DNA of 46,172 nt from Methanothrix sp. (GCA_040770465.1 JAXGJB010000019.1:1-46172), one strand, 5' to 3'. Shown: positions 34,891-44,980, numbered from the stretch's first letter. The notes: generated by a model not told the origin, from the letters alone. Translations and numbers: made by a program.

Positions 34891-35026
34891 TCTTCATTCA
34901 GGCTTTACAGTCTATCGTAATCTTATAAGTACTTTTTTGGGATTTAGGAAGATGGTGGAGATATAAGACGCTGACGACGGGTTTTAGATGAAAACAAACT
35001 GTGTCCGCCCCTTGAATTAAATTGCC

Positions 35027-35075
35027 TGCGGCCACCCCGCCGTAAAGGACGGGATATTGCTTCGGGCCGCACGCC
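35027..35075. mobile_element. IS200/IS605-type end hairpin remnant (MITE/PATE-like)
   Basis: TGCGGCCACCCCGCCGTAAAGGACGGGATATT; closely similar to the copy at 44981. Confidence 0.55.
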
Positions 35076-35325
35076 CGGATATCCGGATTTCAGAACTCGG
35101 CGAGTCTTCGTTGCCCAGATTTCCTCGATCTGCATGAATGAGAACGCCGTCGATTTCCTCTGGATAGTCACAGACGTTTTACCGATCTAAACGAACAGAA
35201 AAACTGGCTAAGGTTTTCTCCATTCCGACCTAAAGGTCGAGGTATTCGTGACCTCTGCGCCCCCGAAGTAATAAAACAGTGTTCGACCCCCTATCCTTTG
35301 AAGAATGGCGGGGGTCGATGGAAGT

Positions 35326-36030
35326 TCAAATGGACATCCTGACGTCGTTTATGGTCACCATGTAGAATGGGTACTGGGTATCCATATAAACCACATCCCC
35401 TTTATCGTATATGGCATATCCCCCGTTGTTGATATTCCCGTTCTTGTTGAAGAAGCTGAGCATACCTGGAAGGGTCGAGGTCTTCAGGCCATTATCCGGA
35501 TTGATGTCGCTTACTCTGCTTCCAGCCGGGAAACCGGTATAATTGGTGATCCTGACGTCGTTGGATTTTATCTCGCCTGGGACCACGTTGAGATATACAG
35601 GGTCCTCCAGGTCGTAGGCCCAGTCCCCCCCAGCATCAAAGAAACGGAGCTCTGCTCTGGGGTTGGTGGCGGTCCCGAACTTGGTCAATTGCTGTCCGAT
35701 ATCGTTGTCGGCTTTGCCCACCTGAGACCCCGCTGGAAGGTCGCTGAATTTCGTCAGCCGGACGTCATTTTCGCTCACCACATCGTCATCGGGATTTATG
35801 TTTATGTAGACCACCTCATCAGCATCCAGAACATGGTCGTCGTCGGCATCCCAGAAGGCGAAATCAGGGGCGATGTAAAAGGGGCTCAGCGCTCCCCCCA
35901 AATCAACATCGTTCCACTCAACCTTTGATCCATACTGCATATCGTCGCTGGCCCAGGATGCCGAGGAGGCCACCAGAACCAAAACCAGCATCATCAAGGC
36001 CGCTCTGCCAAAATGAAGATATCCCATCAT
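35326..36030 (-). CDS. Secreted three-fold repeat family protein
   Basis: Signal peptide; three units GS-x-V...D-x-D-x-G...F-x-D...D-x-x-[DE]-x-VY...NDVR. Confidence 0.85.
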   Translation of the reverse strand: MMGYLHFGRAALMMLVLVLVASSASWASDDMQYGSKVEWNDVDLGGALSPFYIAPDFAFWDADDDHVLDADEVVYININPDDDVVSENDVRLTKFSDLPAGSQVGKADNDIGQQLTKFGTATNPRAELRFFDAGGDWAYDLEDPVYLNVVPGEIKSNDVRITNYTGFPAGSRVSDINPDNGLKTSTLPGMLSFFNKNGNINNGGYAIYDKGDVVYMDTQYPFYMVTINDVRMSI

Positions 36031-36257
36031 AACTCACCCCACATCAATTCGTATTACTCCCCTCTGTTTTAGATTTACCTTTCTACTGTATAGCATATAA
36101 ATATTGCTAAAATGATGCGCACAATCCAAAGAAAGAACTGCTCGGGCTCCTCCGATAAAAAGAGGTTGTGGCCAAAAATCCGATTCGGCCGAGGATTCTC
36201 GTGCTTTTCGCAAACCACGGCCGAGATTCCGTCAGATACTCTCCAGAATCCCGATCC

Positions 36258-37091
36258 TCATCTCCAGACCTTCGGTTCCACCATTCCGTCTTTGATCACC
36301 ATGTACTGGTAATCGTTACATGGGCTCTTCTTCCAGGAACCTACGTTTGCAGCCCTGTGCTCCTCGTCTATGAAGGGCATGTGAGTGTGGCCAAAGACGA
36401 GATACTCGTCCTTCTCCATCCCGAGATATACGGTTCTGGAGCCGGATTTTGCCAGGTTGTCTATGGTGAGGGAGACTTTGTGTCTGCCGAAGAGCCTATC
36501 GTCGGGGCCCGCCATCATCGACTCGAAGGCCCCTTTCAGATCTGACGGAACCCTCTGGAGCTTCTCAAGTATCGATTTTGAGTTCTGGATCATATCCCAG
36601 AGGTCGCTGGCGGCGCTCCCCGTATCGTCTCCCGCAAGACACAGGTTCTCGGCAAAACACTTGTAAGCTGTCAGAGACTTATAGTAGGGGTTTGCGAGGA
36701 CCTCCAGCTGGTAGCCGTGAGTGAAGAAGAACTTCCTGCCGCCGTCTTCCAGCCTCACCTGCTCTGCTACGTTCTTGAATGGGAAGTCGTCGGCCAACTT
36801 CTCTTTCAGCCTCAGCATGTAGAAGTCGTGATTTCCTACGACGTAATGGACTCTGACATCGTCGTTGAAGCTTGTGATGATCGATACCGCCTCTTCCATC
36901 TCCATCAGCGCAAGAGCGAAGTCGCGCCTCCAGAAATCGATCAGATCTCCCAGGATGACAAGATCACCACCTTCAGATAGGAGGTCGCCTTTTACGTGGT
37001 GGAGGAAGTCGAGGAACTCCCGGTCGTCCCTTTCGACCTTTTCATCCTTCGGCTTTTCTGCCAGATGGACGTCAGATATCACAACTATCAT
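36258..37091 (-). CDS. Calcineurin-like metallophosphoesterase (LpxH-like)
   Basis: ISDVHL, GDLID, GNHD, THG and GHTH motifs. Confidence 0.9.
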   Translation of the reverse strand: MIVVISDVHLAEKPKDEKVERDDREFLDFLHHVKGDLLSEGGDLVILGDLIDFWRRDFALALMEMEEAVSIITSFNDDVRVHYVVGNHDFYMLRLKEKLADDFPFKNVAEQVRLEDGGRKFFFTHGYQLEVLANPYYKSLTAYKCFAENLCLAGDDTGSAASDLWDMIQNSKSILEKLQRVPSDLKGAFESMMAGPDDRLFGRHKVSLTIDNLAKSGSRTVYLGMEKDEYLVFGHTHMPFIDEEHRAANVGSWKKSPCNDYQYMVIKDGMVEPKVWR

Positions 37092-37230
37092 AATATTCTC
37101 TCCGATTAAATCCCTCTTACTTGGTGGAGTTTTACATATTTAAATTCTCCCCAAAGCGTTCCCTGAAGGGCGGCTCGCCGCCAACGGACCGCCCTTCGCC
37201 CATCATTTTTGCCCCCGCTCTTTTGCGCCG

Positions 37231-39162
37231 TCAAACCCCGACGGTCCAGATCCTCCCGTAGTTGCTGGGAAGATCAAAGGATCTCCATGCCCCGGCGACG
37301 ACGTCTTCCAGGTTGTCCAGACCGTGAAGCTCCTCTCGATAGTCTCCGCTGAAGGGGAACTGAAACTCGACCGTCCGATCCGAATCTGTGAAGTTGAGGG
37401 CCACAAGGCTGAAGGATCGTTCGTCCTCCCTCGAGAAGACCAGGACGCCCTTGGACTGGTAGCGGCCTGGATCGTTGTAGAACATGTGGCCGCCGCGCTG
37501 GAACTGGGAAGACCGGCGCATCTTGATCAGTCTTCTGACCAAGGAGACCATCCTCTTTCCCGCGGGATCGTAGAAGTAGTCCCACCGGACCGGCCTGAAC
37601 ATCACCACTCTGCCCATCCCCTTCTCGGGGATGAAGTAGTTCTCACCGAACTCCTGACCCTGCCAGAGCATCGGAATCCCTTTGGCGGCGAAGATCCCGA
37701 TCAGGTAGGGCTGGACCTTGTACCAGAGGTCCCGGTTTCCGTCCTTCAAGACCATAATGTCCTCCTCCCATTGTTTGAAGAGGTCTTCGTTCCTCTTTCG
37801 AAGCTCATTTGCGGCGAGGTCCAGCCCGTCGGGAAGGGTGCCGAAGCTGCAGACGAGGCGGGGGTGGTCGTGGTTCTCCAGGTACTGGAATGCGGTCTTC
37901 TTGATCGTCTCGCCGTTGGCCTCGACCTCGACTGGATAGTCCATGAGGCCGAGCCTGAAGCCGAGGGCCGTCAGCCAGTCGAACTCTTCCCGGGAGACAT
38001 GATTGACGGCGTCGAGAGTCTCGTTCTGCCAGGTGCAGTTGCTGTAGGTCTCGCGGAGGATCTCCCTCGGTCCCTCCAGCTGCTCTGCGCACTGGATTAT
38101 GTTGACGGAGTCGCCATCGAAGAACCTCTGCCAGTGGTCGGAAGATCCCATCTTCGATTTGACCATCTGGTAGGTCTCGTAGACGAGGGAGGCGTAGCCC
38201 CTCCCTAACGGACCGTCCCAGTAGTTGGGGACGCAGTCGTACCTGAACCCGTCGACGTGGTATACGTCGAGCCAGTGGTGGTTGACGGTGAAGAAGAAGT
38301 CCTGGGTCAGATCCCGGTTGAAGTCGGTGCTCCTGCCGAAGTAGTCTTTTGCGAAGGGGCCCATGAAGGGGTTTTCGTTGTACCTGAGCCTGTCGTAGAG
38401 GTAGCTGTAGGCGAAGAGGTCGCTTGCATGGCCGTAGACTACGTCCAGGATCACGGCGATCCCCCTCTGGTGGGCGGCGTCGATGAACTCCTGCATGTGG
38501 CACCTTTTGCCGAACCTCTCGTCGACCCCGAAGTAGCCGATTGGCAAAAATCCCCAGTCTACGGTGTTGGAGACGTTGGAGACGGGCATAACCTCGATGC
38601 AGTTTATGCCCAGGTCCCGGAGGTAGTCGAGCCTTTTTATGGAGTCGTTGATGGACCCTCCAAACTCGTTTATCATCAGCTCGTAGATCACCAGCTCGTC
38701 GAGGGGCGGGGTCTTCCACTCCACCTCACGACCGTCCCATACATGCTGGTAGTCCCTGTCGTACCCCTTGGTGATGGCTGAGAGCTTTCCGACCCCAAAC
38801 TCCCGGGCGAAGGGGTCGATGATCCAGTCGATGGGATCGGTTCGAGGACTTTCAAGGCAGTATCGATAGACGTACCTCCCGTCCTCTCCCCAGTGAGAGT
38901 CGGGATGGCGGTCCGGAAAGTCTGGATCAATCTCGACCTCTGCGGACCAGAGGGCGCCATAATCGGGGTCCTCGGACTGCTCCATCTCGAACTTCATCGG
39001 CTGTATATCCTGAATGAACTGGTCATTCTCGTGAATTATCTTGACGAAGAGCCGATTTTCGTCCCTGGCGTAGACCCAGGGGAGAAGAATGTCGAAGTCG
39101 ATCACCTCCGGCGCGTTCTTCCTCGACCGCGCGCCGAGCCTATCCAGCGGCAAACGTTTCAT
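37231..39162 (-). CDS. GH13 alpha-amylase family glycoside hydrolase (branching enzyme/trehalohydrolase-like)
   Basis: IYEL, LGINCIEVMPV, LDVVYGH, DGFRYD (nucleophile), AE (acid/base) and ENHD motifs. Confidence 0.9.
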   Translation of the reverse strand: MKRLPLDRLGARSRKNAPEVIDFDILLPWVYARDENRLFVKIIHENDQFIQDIQPMKFEMEQSEDPDYGALWSAEVEIDPDFPDRHPDSHWGEDGRYVYRYCLESPRTDPIDWIIDPFAREFGVGKLSAITKGYDRDYQHVWDGREVEWKTPPLDELVIYELMINEFGGSINDSIKRLDYLRDLGINCIEVMPVSNVSNTVDWGFLPIGYFGVDERFGKRCHMQEFIDAAHQRGIAVILDVVYGHASDLFAYSYLYDRLRYNENPFMGPFAKDYFGRSTDFNRDLTQDFFFTVNHHWLDVYHVDGFRYDCVPNYWDGPLGRGYASLVYETYQMVKSKMGSSDHWQRFFDGDSVNIIQCAEQLEGPREILRETYSNCTWQNETLDAVNHVSREEFDWLTALGFRLGLMDYPVEVEANGETIKKTAFQYLENHDHPRLVCSFGTLPDGLDLAANELRKRNEDLFKQWEEDIMVLKDGNRDLWYKVQPYLIGIFAAKGIPMLWQGQEFGENYFIPEKGMGRVVMFRPVRWDYFYDPAGKRMVSLVRRLIKMRRSSQFQRGGHMFYNDPGRYQSKGVLVFSREDERSFSLVALNFTDSDRTVEFQFPFSGDYREELHGLDNLEDVVAGAWRSFDLPSNYGRIWTVGV

Positions 39163-39196
39163 CTATGAATCCTCCAATCATCTATGAATCCTCCAA
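39159..39196. repeat. Perfect 19-bp tandem duplication spanning the RBS and ATG of the GH13 gene
   Basis: TCATCTATGAATCCTCCAA at 39159-39177 and 39178-39196. Confidence 0.9.
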
Positions 39197-39380
39197 ACTT
39201 CTCGTCGAATCGTTGGCCATTCGACGGTCTGAGATCCTCTCCAGAGGTCAGTCCCTATTTATTAGGCATTTCAAGACATAAGTAGGTTTTCATATATTGA
39301 AAAAGTCTCTGCCGAGATCAGAGTATGATCCGCGAGAGTCCTGGAATACGTTGATCTATCGGGACGGCTACTCCCATTCG

Positions 39381-40319
39381 ATGATCGATCTCCTCCTGCA
39401 GGCGGTGGAGTTTGCAGCGCCGATCCTCGCCATGATAGGGATCGGCCTCTTCGGAGCCGGCGTCCTGATGGAGATGGGTCTGCTCCAGGGGATATCCAGG
39501 ATTGCAAGGCCCATCTTCTCCTTCACCAGGCTTCCGGACGCCTGCGCCTCGGCCTTCGTGTTGTCCCTGGGGTCGGCGGTGGCGGCCAACGGGATGGTGG
39601 CGAGGTTCCGGGACGAGGGGTGCCTGAACGAGAAGGAGGTGGCGCTCTGCGCCATCATGAACAGCATCCCCGTCTACTTGAGGGAGCTTTTCACCTATCA
39701 GATCCCCATCGTCCTTCCGGCCCTCGGCCTTGTGGTGGGGGGGTTTTACGCCCTGGTCTTCATCGTCACCGCCCTCTTCAAGATCTCGGTGGTGGTGATC
39801 GCAAGCAGGCTCTTTCTCGACGAGAAAAGCTGCAGGGTCCCGGAGAGGGTAGAGCAGGAGAAGGTATCGCTCAAAGAGGCGGTGATGAGGTCATTTCAGA
39901 GGGAGAAGAGGCTCTTTTTCAAGATCGCAGCCATCTACATCGCCATGACCTCAATCGTCTTCGCCCTGAGGGATCGGGGGGCATTCGATCTCTTCAGCGT
40001 CCTGCCTCTGGCGGAGATATTCGGGATCCCGCCGGAGAGCATCGTCCCCCTGACCACCTACGTTGCTAGCCCCATCGTCGGGATATCCCTTCTCGGACCG
40101 ATGATCGCAAGCAACGGGATCTCGCCCGTCCAGGCGATGATCGTTCTGATGCTGGGAAGCATGTTCATGCTACCCCTCTTCGCCGCAAGAAGCCTTCTTC
40201 CCCGCTACGTGGGGCTATTCGGGCCGAGGCTCGGGGTTGGGATCGTCCTCTTCTCCACTGGGATGAGCGTCCTCGTGAGGTTTGTCATCCTTCTGATCCT
40301 GCTCGCCTTCGGCCGGTGA
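39381..40319 (+). CDS. Nucleoside-recognition (Gate) domain membrane protein
   Basis: Multi-TM with two similar halves (P-x-F-x-x-x-x-LP...; PLAEIFGIPPE). Start placed at ATG 39381. Confidence 0.7.
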   Translation: MIDLLLQAVEFAAPILAMIGIGLFGAGVLMEMGLLQGISRIARPIFSFTRLPDACASAFVLSLGSAVAANGMVARFRDEGCLNEKEVALCAIMNSIPVYLRELFTYQIPIVLPALGLVVGGFYALVFIVTALFKISVVVIASRLFLDEKSCRVPERVEQEKVSLKEAVMRSFQREKRLFFKIAAIYIAMTSIVFALRDRGAFDLFSVLPLAEIFGIPPESIVPLTTYVASPIVGISLLGPMIASNGISPVQAMIVLMLGSMFMLPLFAARSLLPRYVGLFGPRLGVGIVLFSTGMSVLVRFVILLILLAFGR

Positions 40320-40369
40320 ATCGCCCCTTCACTTATCGCTATCTTTGACCCGTGGGCACGCCGACGATT

Positions 40370-40786
40370 TCATTCTCCCATGATCTGGACGACGACCCTC
40401 CGGTACCGGGGCCTATTGTCCAGGTCTAAAAAGACGATCTGCTGCCAGGTGCCGAGGAGGAGCTTCCCGTTTGCAAAGGGGACGGTGAGGCTTGGGCCGA
40501 TCACCGATGCCCGGATGTGGGAGTGGCCGTTGCCGTCGCCCCACCTCTTGTTGTGGGCGTACTCGATCTCATGAGGCGCTATTCTCTCGAGGGCGCCCTG
40601 CATGTCCTCGACGAGGCCCGGCTCGTACTCGATGGTGGTGACGGCACCGGTGGCGCCGGAGGCGAATACGACGACGACCCCTGCCTCCATCTCCGACCTA
40701 TCGAGGGCGGCGGCCACCTTTGCGGTCAGGTCGGTCATCTCGCCGTTTCCTCTGGTCTGAAAGTCGATGTGCTCGGTTGCGATCAA
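40370..40786 (-). CDS. yjbQ: YjbQ/UPF0047 family protein
   Basis: TTIEYEPGL, Y-x-H...GNGHSHIRA and LGTWQQI motifs. Confidence 0.9.
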   Translation of the reverse strand: MIATEHIDFQTRGNGEMTDLTAKVAAALDRSEMEAGVVVVFASGATGAVTTIEYEPGLVEDMQGALERIAPHEIEYAHNKRWGDGNGHSHIRASVIGPSLTVPFANGKLLLGTWQQIVFLDLDNRPRYRRVVVQIMGE

Positions 40787-41014
40787 GGCGATAACCTCCG
40801 ATTTAAATAGAGAGGATTCATGATGATGATGCCGGTTTCATATCGCGACGTATTTTAGCAGTCAACCTTGATCAAACTTTGCAGGGGGAGAGGCGGGACG
40901 ACCAGGAGTTGGTGACGACCCCACGAGGTCCTCTCGACCGATCAAGGTCGGGCCGGAGCCCGAACCAAAAATTTTTGTACCTTCGGGCAGATATGAATAA
41001 GCGAGGTATTCGTC

Positions 41015-41836
41015 ATGAGATCCTCTGGATGTATCTTCTGTCTACTGCTGCTAGTCGTTCTCGTCTTCGGAACGCCGATCGGGTCCTCCATCGACTCTTC
41101 GGAGGGCTTCGCCTACAGCTCGGAGGACGCTTCCGCTTTCTCCGACTTCTTCGCGATGGAGGAGCCGGCCACCACCGGCGAGGTGATGGCCTACAACCCG
41201 TCGGGTATAGAGCCCACATCAGTCAGCTTCGGCGACAGGACCGTCTCCTATTACGCCTATCGATCGACCTATTCTGGGACGAACTCCCTCTGGATCATGG
41301 GGGCCTCGAGCTGGACCCAGCGGGTGGTCTGTCCCCTGGGGTCGTACCTCTCGCTCCTCGTCTACGCCCCCGCCGGGGGGAGGGCCGACTTCTACGAGAT
41401 ATATCCTGACGGAAGGCTCCTCAGCAGGTCCTACTACTTCTATCAGGGTTACAGCAGGATCAACTTCGAGGCGGACGAAGTCGGGCGGCACGTTCTGATC
41501 TTCGCAGCGAACAACCAGCCGAGCAACGCCGTCATCGTGGACGTTGCAAGCGGCGGCTGGCCCCCATCATCGGGACCTGGGACCGGGCCTTCCCCGTGGC
41601 CGCCGGTCGGATCTGCGAGGGTTATCTTCAGCTCGAGCTGGCTTACGGGCTACAGCGTCTTCGTCGACGGCTCCTACGCCGGAGGCGACGGCTCGGGAGG
41701 CGATCCCCTCGATGGGACATACAGCCTGGACGTCGCCGGAGACCAGTACCACACCCTGGAGATCTCCTCCGGGGGCCAGACCTTCTCCGAGCGGGGGACG
41801 TTCCTATCAGGGGTCACCTACAGGCTCTCGATATAA
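41015..41836 (+). CDS. Secreted hypothetical protein
   Basis: N-terminal hydrophobic signal, beta-rich domains separated by a Pro/Gly linker. Confidence 0.75.
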   Translation: MRSSGCIFCLLLLVVLVFGTPIGSSIDSSEGFAYSSEDASAFSDFFAMEEPATTGEVMAYNPSGIEPTSVSFGDRTVSYYAYRSTYSGTNSLWIMGASSWTQRVVCPLGSYLSLLVYAPAGGRADFYEIYPDGRLLSRSYYFYQGYSRINFEADEVGRHVLIFAANNQPSNAVIVDVASGGWPPSSGPGTGPSPWPPVGSARVIFSSSWLTGYSVFVDGSYAGGDGSGGDPLDGTYSLDVAGDQYHTLEISSGGQTFSERGTFLSGVTYRLSI

Positions 41837-41987
41837 CCATAATCGGCCGGGGCGGCAGATCGATGGCCGCTCCGCCCGCCTTCATTTTAACCGGGCCAGG
41901 CTTCCGAAGCCAGAGTTAAACAAGTAAATTTGATTTATCCAAAACATATTTAACTCAATTGAGACAACTGAATTTTGATTAAAACAA

Positions 41988-43064
41988 ATGAAATTGATGG
42001 TTGTGTTCAATGTGCTGAAAGTCAAAGTCCTATTCATCTTCCTCGCCCTGGCGATCCTGACCGCACCTTCCTTTGCTCAGGACGACTCGAACCAGACGGT
42101 GACCGTCACCGATGAGGGGGGAGACGAGGTTACAGTTCCCCGCTGCCCTGAAAAGATCGTATGCTTAACCCCCGCCGCGGCGGAGGTGATATTCGCCCTT
42201 GGTGAATCGGATCGACTGGTGGCCTTATCTGAGGACTGCACCATGCCTCCGGCCCTGTCGGAGAAGGAGAGAGTCGGGCAGTCGGGCCGCGAGGCGGACG
42301 TAGAGAGGATCCTGGAGCTGGACCCGGATCTCGTTATAGCAAAGACTGGAAGCCTATTTCCCGAAGAGTACGAGGAGCAGCTGGAAAGCTACGGGATCCC
42401 CGTCCTCAGGTACCGGGTGCTTCATATAGACACCCTGATGCCGATGATCGAAGATCTGGGGCTCATCTTGGACAGGGTGGACGCTGCCCGGGAGATGAAT
42501 GAACGCGTCGGCGGGTACTATGATCTTGTTCTCAACAGGACCGCCGGGATTCCGGAAGAAGAGAGGCCAAAGGTCTACTTCATGTCGATGGGCCATTTCG
42601 ACTGGACCGCCAGCTCTGAATCCACTGGCCACGAGAGGATCGTCGAGGCGGGGGGAGATAACATTGCAGCGGATCTGGAGGGGAAGGTTCCCCACGTCGA
42701 TATAGAGTGGGTGATAGACAGCAACCCCGAGATGATAATCTACTCGATGCCGTCATCTCAATACGAGGGTGCGACACCCACCCTCGAGGCGATGGAGCTT
42801 GTGAGGGAGGAGATCATGAGCCTTCCCGGGTTTGACCAGATCGACGCCGTGAAGAGCGGAAATGTCTATGTCGTGGACATAAGCATGGCAAGCGGCCTTG
42901 CTGAAGTTGTGAACATGCTCTACTACGCCAAGTGGTTCCACCCAGATCTCTTCGAAGATCTGGATCCCAGGGCCGTCCATGAAGAGATATATTCGAAGTA
43001 CTTCAATATGGAGATCGACGATGTCCACCAGGCATATCCCGAAAGCGCAAGCGCAATCTTATAA
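41988..43064 (+). CDS. ABC transporter substrate-binding protein (cobalamin/iron-siderophore type)
   Basis: TVTD-x-x-G-x-x-VTVP-x-x-PEKIV, ERILELDPDLVI, AGGDN, AVKSGNVY and AKWFHPDLF motifs. Confidence 0.9.
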   Translation: MKLMVVFNVLKVKVLFIFLALAILTAPSFAQDDSNQTVTVTDEGGDEVTVPRCPEKIVCLTPAAAEVIFALGESDRLVALSEDCTMPPALSEKERVGQSGREADVERILELDPDLVIAKTGSLFPEEYEEQLESYGIPVLRYRVLHIDTLMPMIEDLGLILDRVDAAREMNERVGGYYDLVLNRTAGIPEEERPKVYFMSMGHFDWTASSESTGHERIVEAGGDNIAADLEGKVPHVDIEWVIDSNPEMIIYSMPSSQYEGATPTLEAMELVREEIMSLPGFDQIDAVKSGNVYVVDISMASGLAEVVNMLYYAKWFHPDLFEDLDPRAVHEEIYSKYFNMEIDDVHQAYPESASAIL

Positions 43065-43090
43065 CCGGCCAGCGTAGAAATGCAGAGTCT

Positions 43091-44086
43091 ATGGTCAGAG
43101 GCTTGAACCTGCGGGGCTGGATCGAGGTTGACGGAAAAAGGCAGAGCGAGTCCGAGGTCGAGGCGCTCCTCGAAGAGGACCCCGCAAGAGCCTCCGGCTT
43201 CGGGGGAGAGTTCTTCCTTTCCTGGGACGATTGCTCTGCCCGAGACCACTTCGGGATCATCCCCGGCGACTGTCCTGCGGGATCGATCGTCTGCAATGGT
43301 GAGGTCGTCGGCTCCGTCGATCCGCGGCCGCCCGCAATGGGCCTCGCCTCGGCCATCGAGACGGCCGTCCGGCTCCGGAGCGATGAGGGGGTCGTCGCCC
43401 TCTCCGGCGGCGTAGACTCGGCCCTGGTGGCGGCCATAGCAAGAAGGGAGTGCGTCGTGGTGGGGGTCGAGGGGTCCGGCGACCCGGTGAGGGCGAGGTC
43501 GGTCGCCGACGCCCTCGACCTTGATCTGGAGGAGGCATTGATCGACCCCGGAAGGATCGAAGAGGCCCTCGCCGCCGTTCTTCCCGTCATTCCCAGCACA
43601 AACCCCGTCGACGCCTCCATCGCCGCCACCCTCTACTTCGTGGCGGAGTGGGCTGGCGATCACGGATACGAGAGGATTCTCGCGGGCCAGGGCGCCGACG
43701 AGCTATTCGGCGGGTACGCCCGGTACCTGGAGACGACGACCCTCGGCGAGGATCTAAAGCGGGACTTTCTGGGCCTATCCCTCCAGGCGGCGAGGGACCA
43801 GGCGGTGGCCGGCCTCTTCGGCGCTCGCTTCTCGCTACCCTATCTGGACGTCCGGGTGGTGAAGAAGGCCATGGCGATCCCGCCCGAGGATAAGGTCAGG
43901 GACGGCGTCCGAAAGAGGCCGCTCCGGGAGGTGGCGGCTTGTCACATGCCGGCCGAGGTCGCCTATCGCGAGAAGAAGGCGATGCAGTACGGCTCCGGGG
44001 TGATGCGGGAGATGAAGAGGCTCGCCCGGAGGAGAGGGTACAAAGGGGTACAAAAGTGGTTAGTTAAACAGCATAACTTTGAATGA
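43091..44086 (+). CDS. Asparagine synthase C-terminal domain protein (reduced glutaminase domain)
   Basis: ALSGGVDS PP-loop, GQGADELFGGY, PYLD, RKRPLR and KKAMQYGSG motifs. Confidence 0.85.
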   Translation: MVRGLNLRGWIEVDGKRQSESEVEALLEEDPARASGFGGEFFLSWDDCSARDHFGIIPGDCPAGSIVCNGEVVGSVDPRPPAMGLASAIETAVRLRSDEGVVALSGGVDSALVAAIARRECVVVGVEGSGDPVRARSVADALDLDLEEALIDPGRIEEALAAVLPVIPSTNPVDASIAATLYFVAEWAGDHGYERILAGQGADELFGGYARYLETTTLGEDLKRDFLGLSLQAARDQAVAGLFGARFSLPYLDVRVVKKAMAIPPEDKVRDGVRKRPLREVAACHMPAEVAYREKKAMQYGSGVMREMKRLARRRGYKGVQKWLVKQHNFE

Positions 44087-44100
44087 ATAATGATACAGCA

Positions 44101-44919
44101 TCACCTGGCACCCGTTGCGTATGCTGTCGCAGTAAGAACCGCAGTACTTGGAGAAGGATCTTCTGATACGAAGGTTACTCTAATATAATTCGCAGCAGCT
44201 CCATTAACTCCCTCATTAGTTAACCGATATCGTTTGATCGCGGTCTTATCAGCGTTTTCTGTTACCAAAGTGTACCCATCAACGTCTTTCAAGTCGTCCC
44301 AGTTATCCCCATCCGGGCTCCATTCGACTTTCCAGACTGCATTTGTTTGAATAGCACTCAAAATAACCTTAACCACTAAGTCTCGATAAAAGCTCACGTC
44401 TATCGAAGCCGTGCTGCCCGGCTCTGTCAGGGCGGAAAATTCGGGGGCCATCGGACATAGCGGGTAGTTTTCCATTATGCAGCGTATTGATCCCGAAGAT
44501 AGGTCGTAACCAGCCGTAATGAACCGACCAAATTGGTCCATCCATGGTGTAACTGCCTCACCATCATCCCGCATCTCTGGAACGCCCTTAACCGCAGGCC
44601 CGCCAAATGCTGCTACCTTCCTATTGAAGGCTTCTCCCGGCTTCCCTACGACTTCCTCTATTGACTTTATCTTCTCTTCGATCATATTCGTACTTTTGCG
44701 TTCATATAAAAATATAAAAATAATTATTAATATTGTGAGTGCCTGTATTAGAATATTAGCGTTCGTTTTAATATTATCAATCATTGAATATAAATACATT
44801 TTTATTGCTGTTATATTGGTGAAGATCTCACTAATTTCATCTGGGGCCGAGGACGATAATGGCAGAAGATCCACTAATATCAGTAGGAACAATATCAACT
44901 TAAGTTCCATCTTGGTCAC
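44101..44919 (-). CDS. Hypothetical membrane-anchored protein in an AT-rich patch
   Basis: 272-aa ORF; signal plus TM in a very AT-rich 5' third, beta-rich C-terminal domain. Confidence 0.6.
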   Translation of the reverse strand: MTKMELKLILFLLILVDLLPLSSSAPDEISEIFTNITAIKMYLYSMIDNIKTNANILIQALTILIIIFIFLYERKSTNMIEEKIKSIEEVVGKPGEAFNRKVAAFGGPAVKGVPEMRDDGEAVTPWMDQFGRFITAGYDLSSGSIRCIMENYPLCPMAPEFSALTEPGSTASIDVSFYRDLVVKVILSAIQTNAVWKVEWSPDGDNWDDLKDVDGYTLVTENADKTAIKRYRLTNEGVNGAAANYIRVTFVSEDPSPSTAVLTATAYATGAR

Positions 44920-44980
44920 CCTCGGAGAATGGGACTGTACTCAACCACCAAGAATGTTTCGGTATCTTTATCAAATTAAG

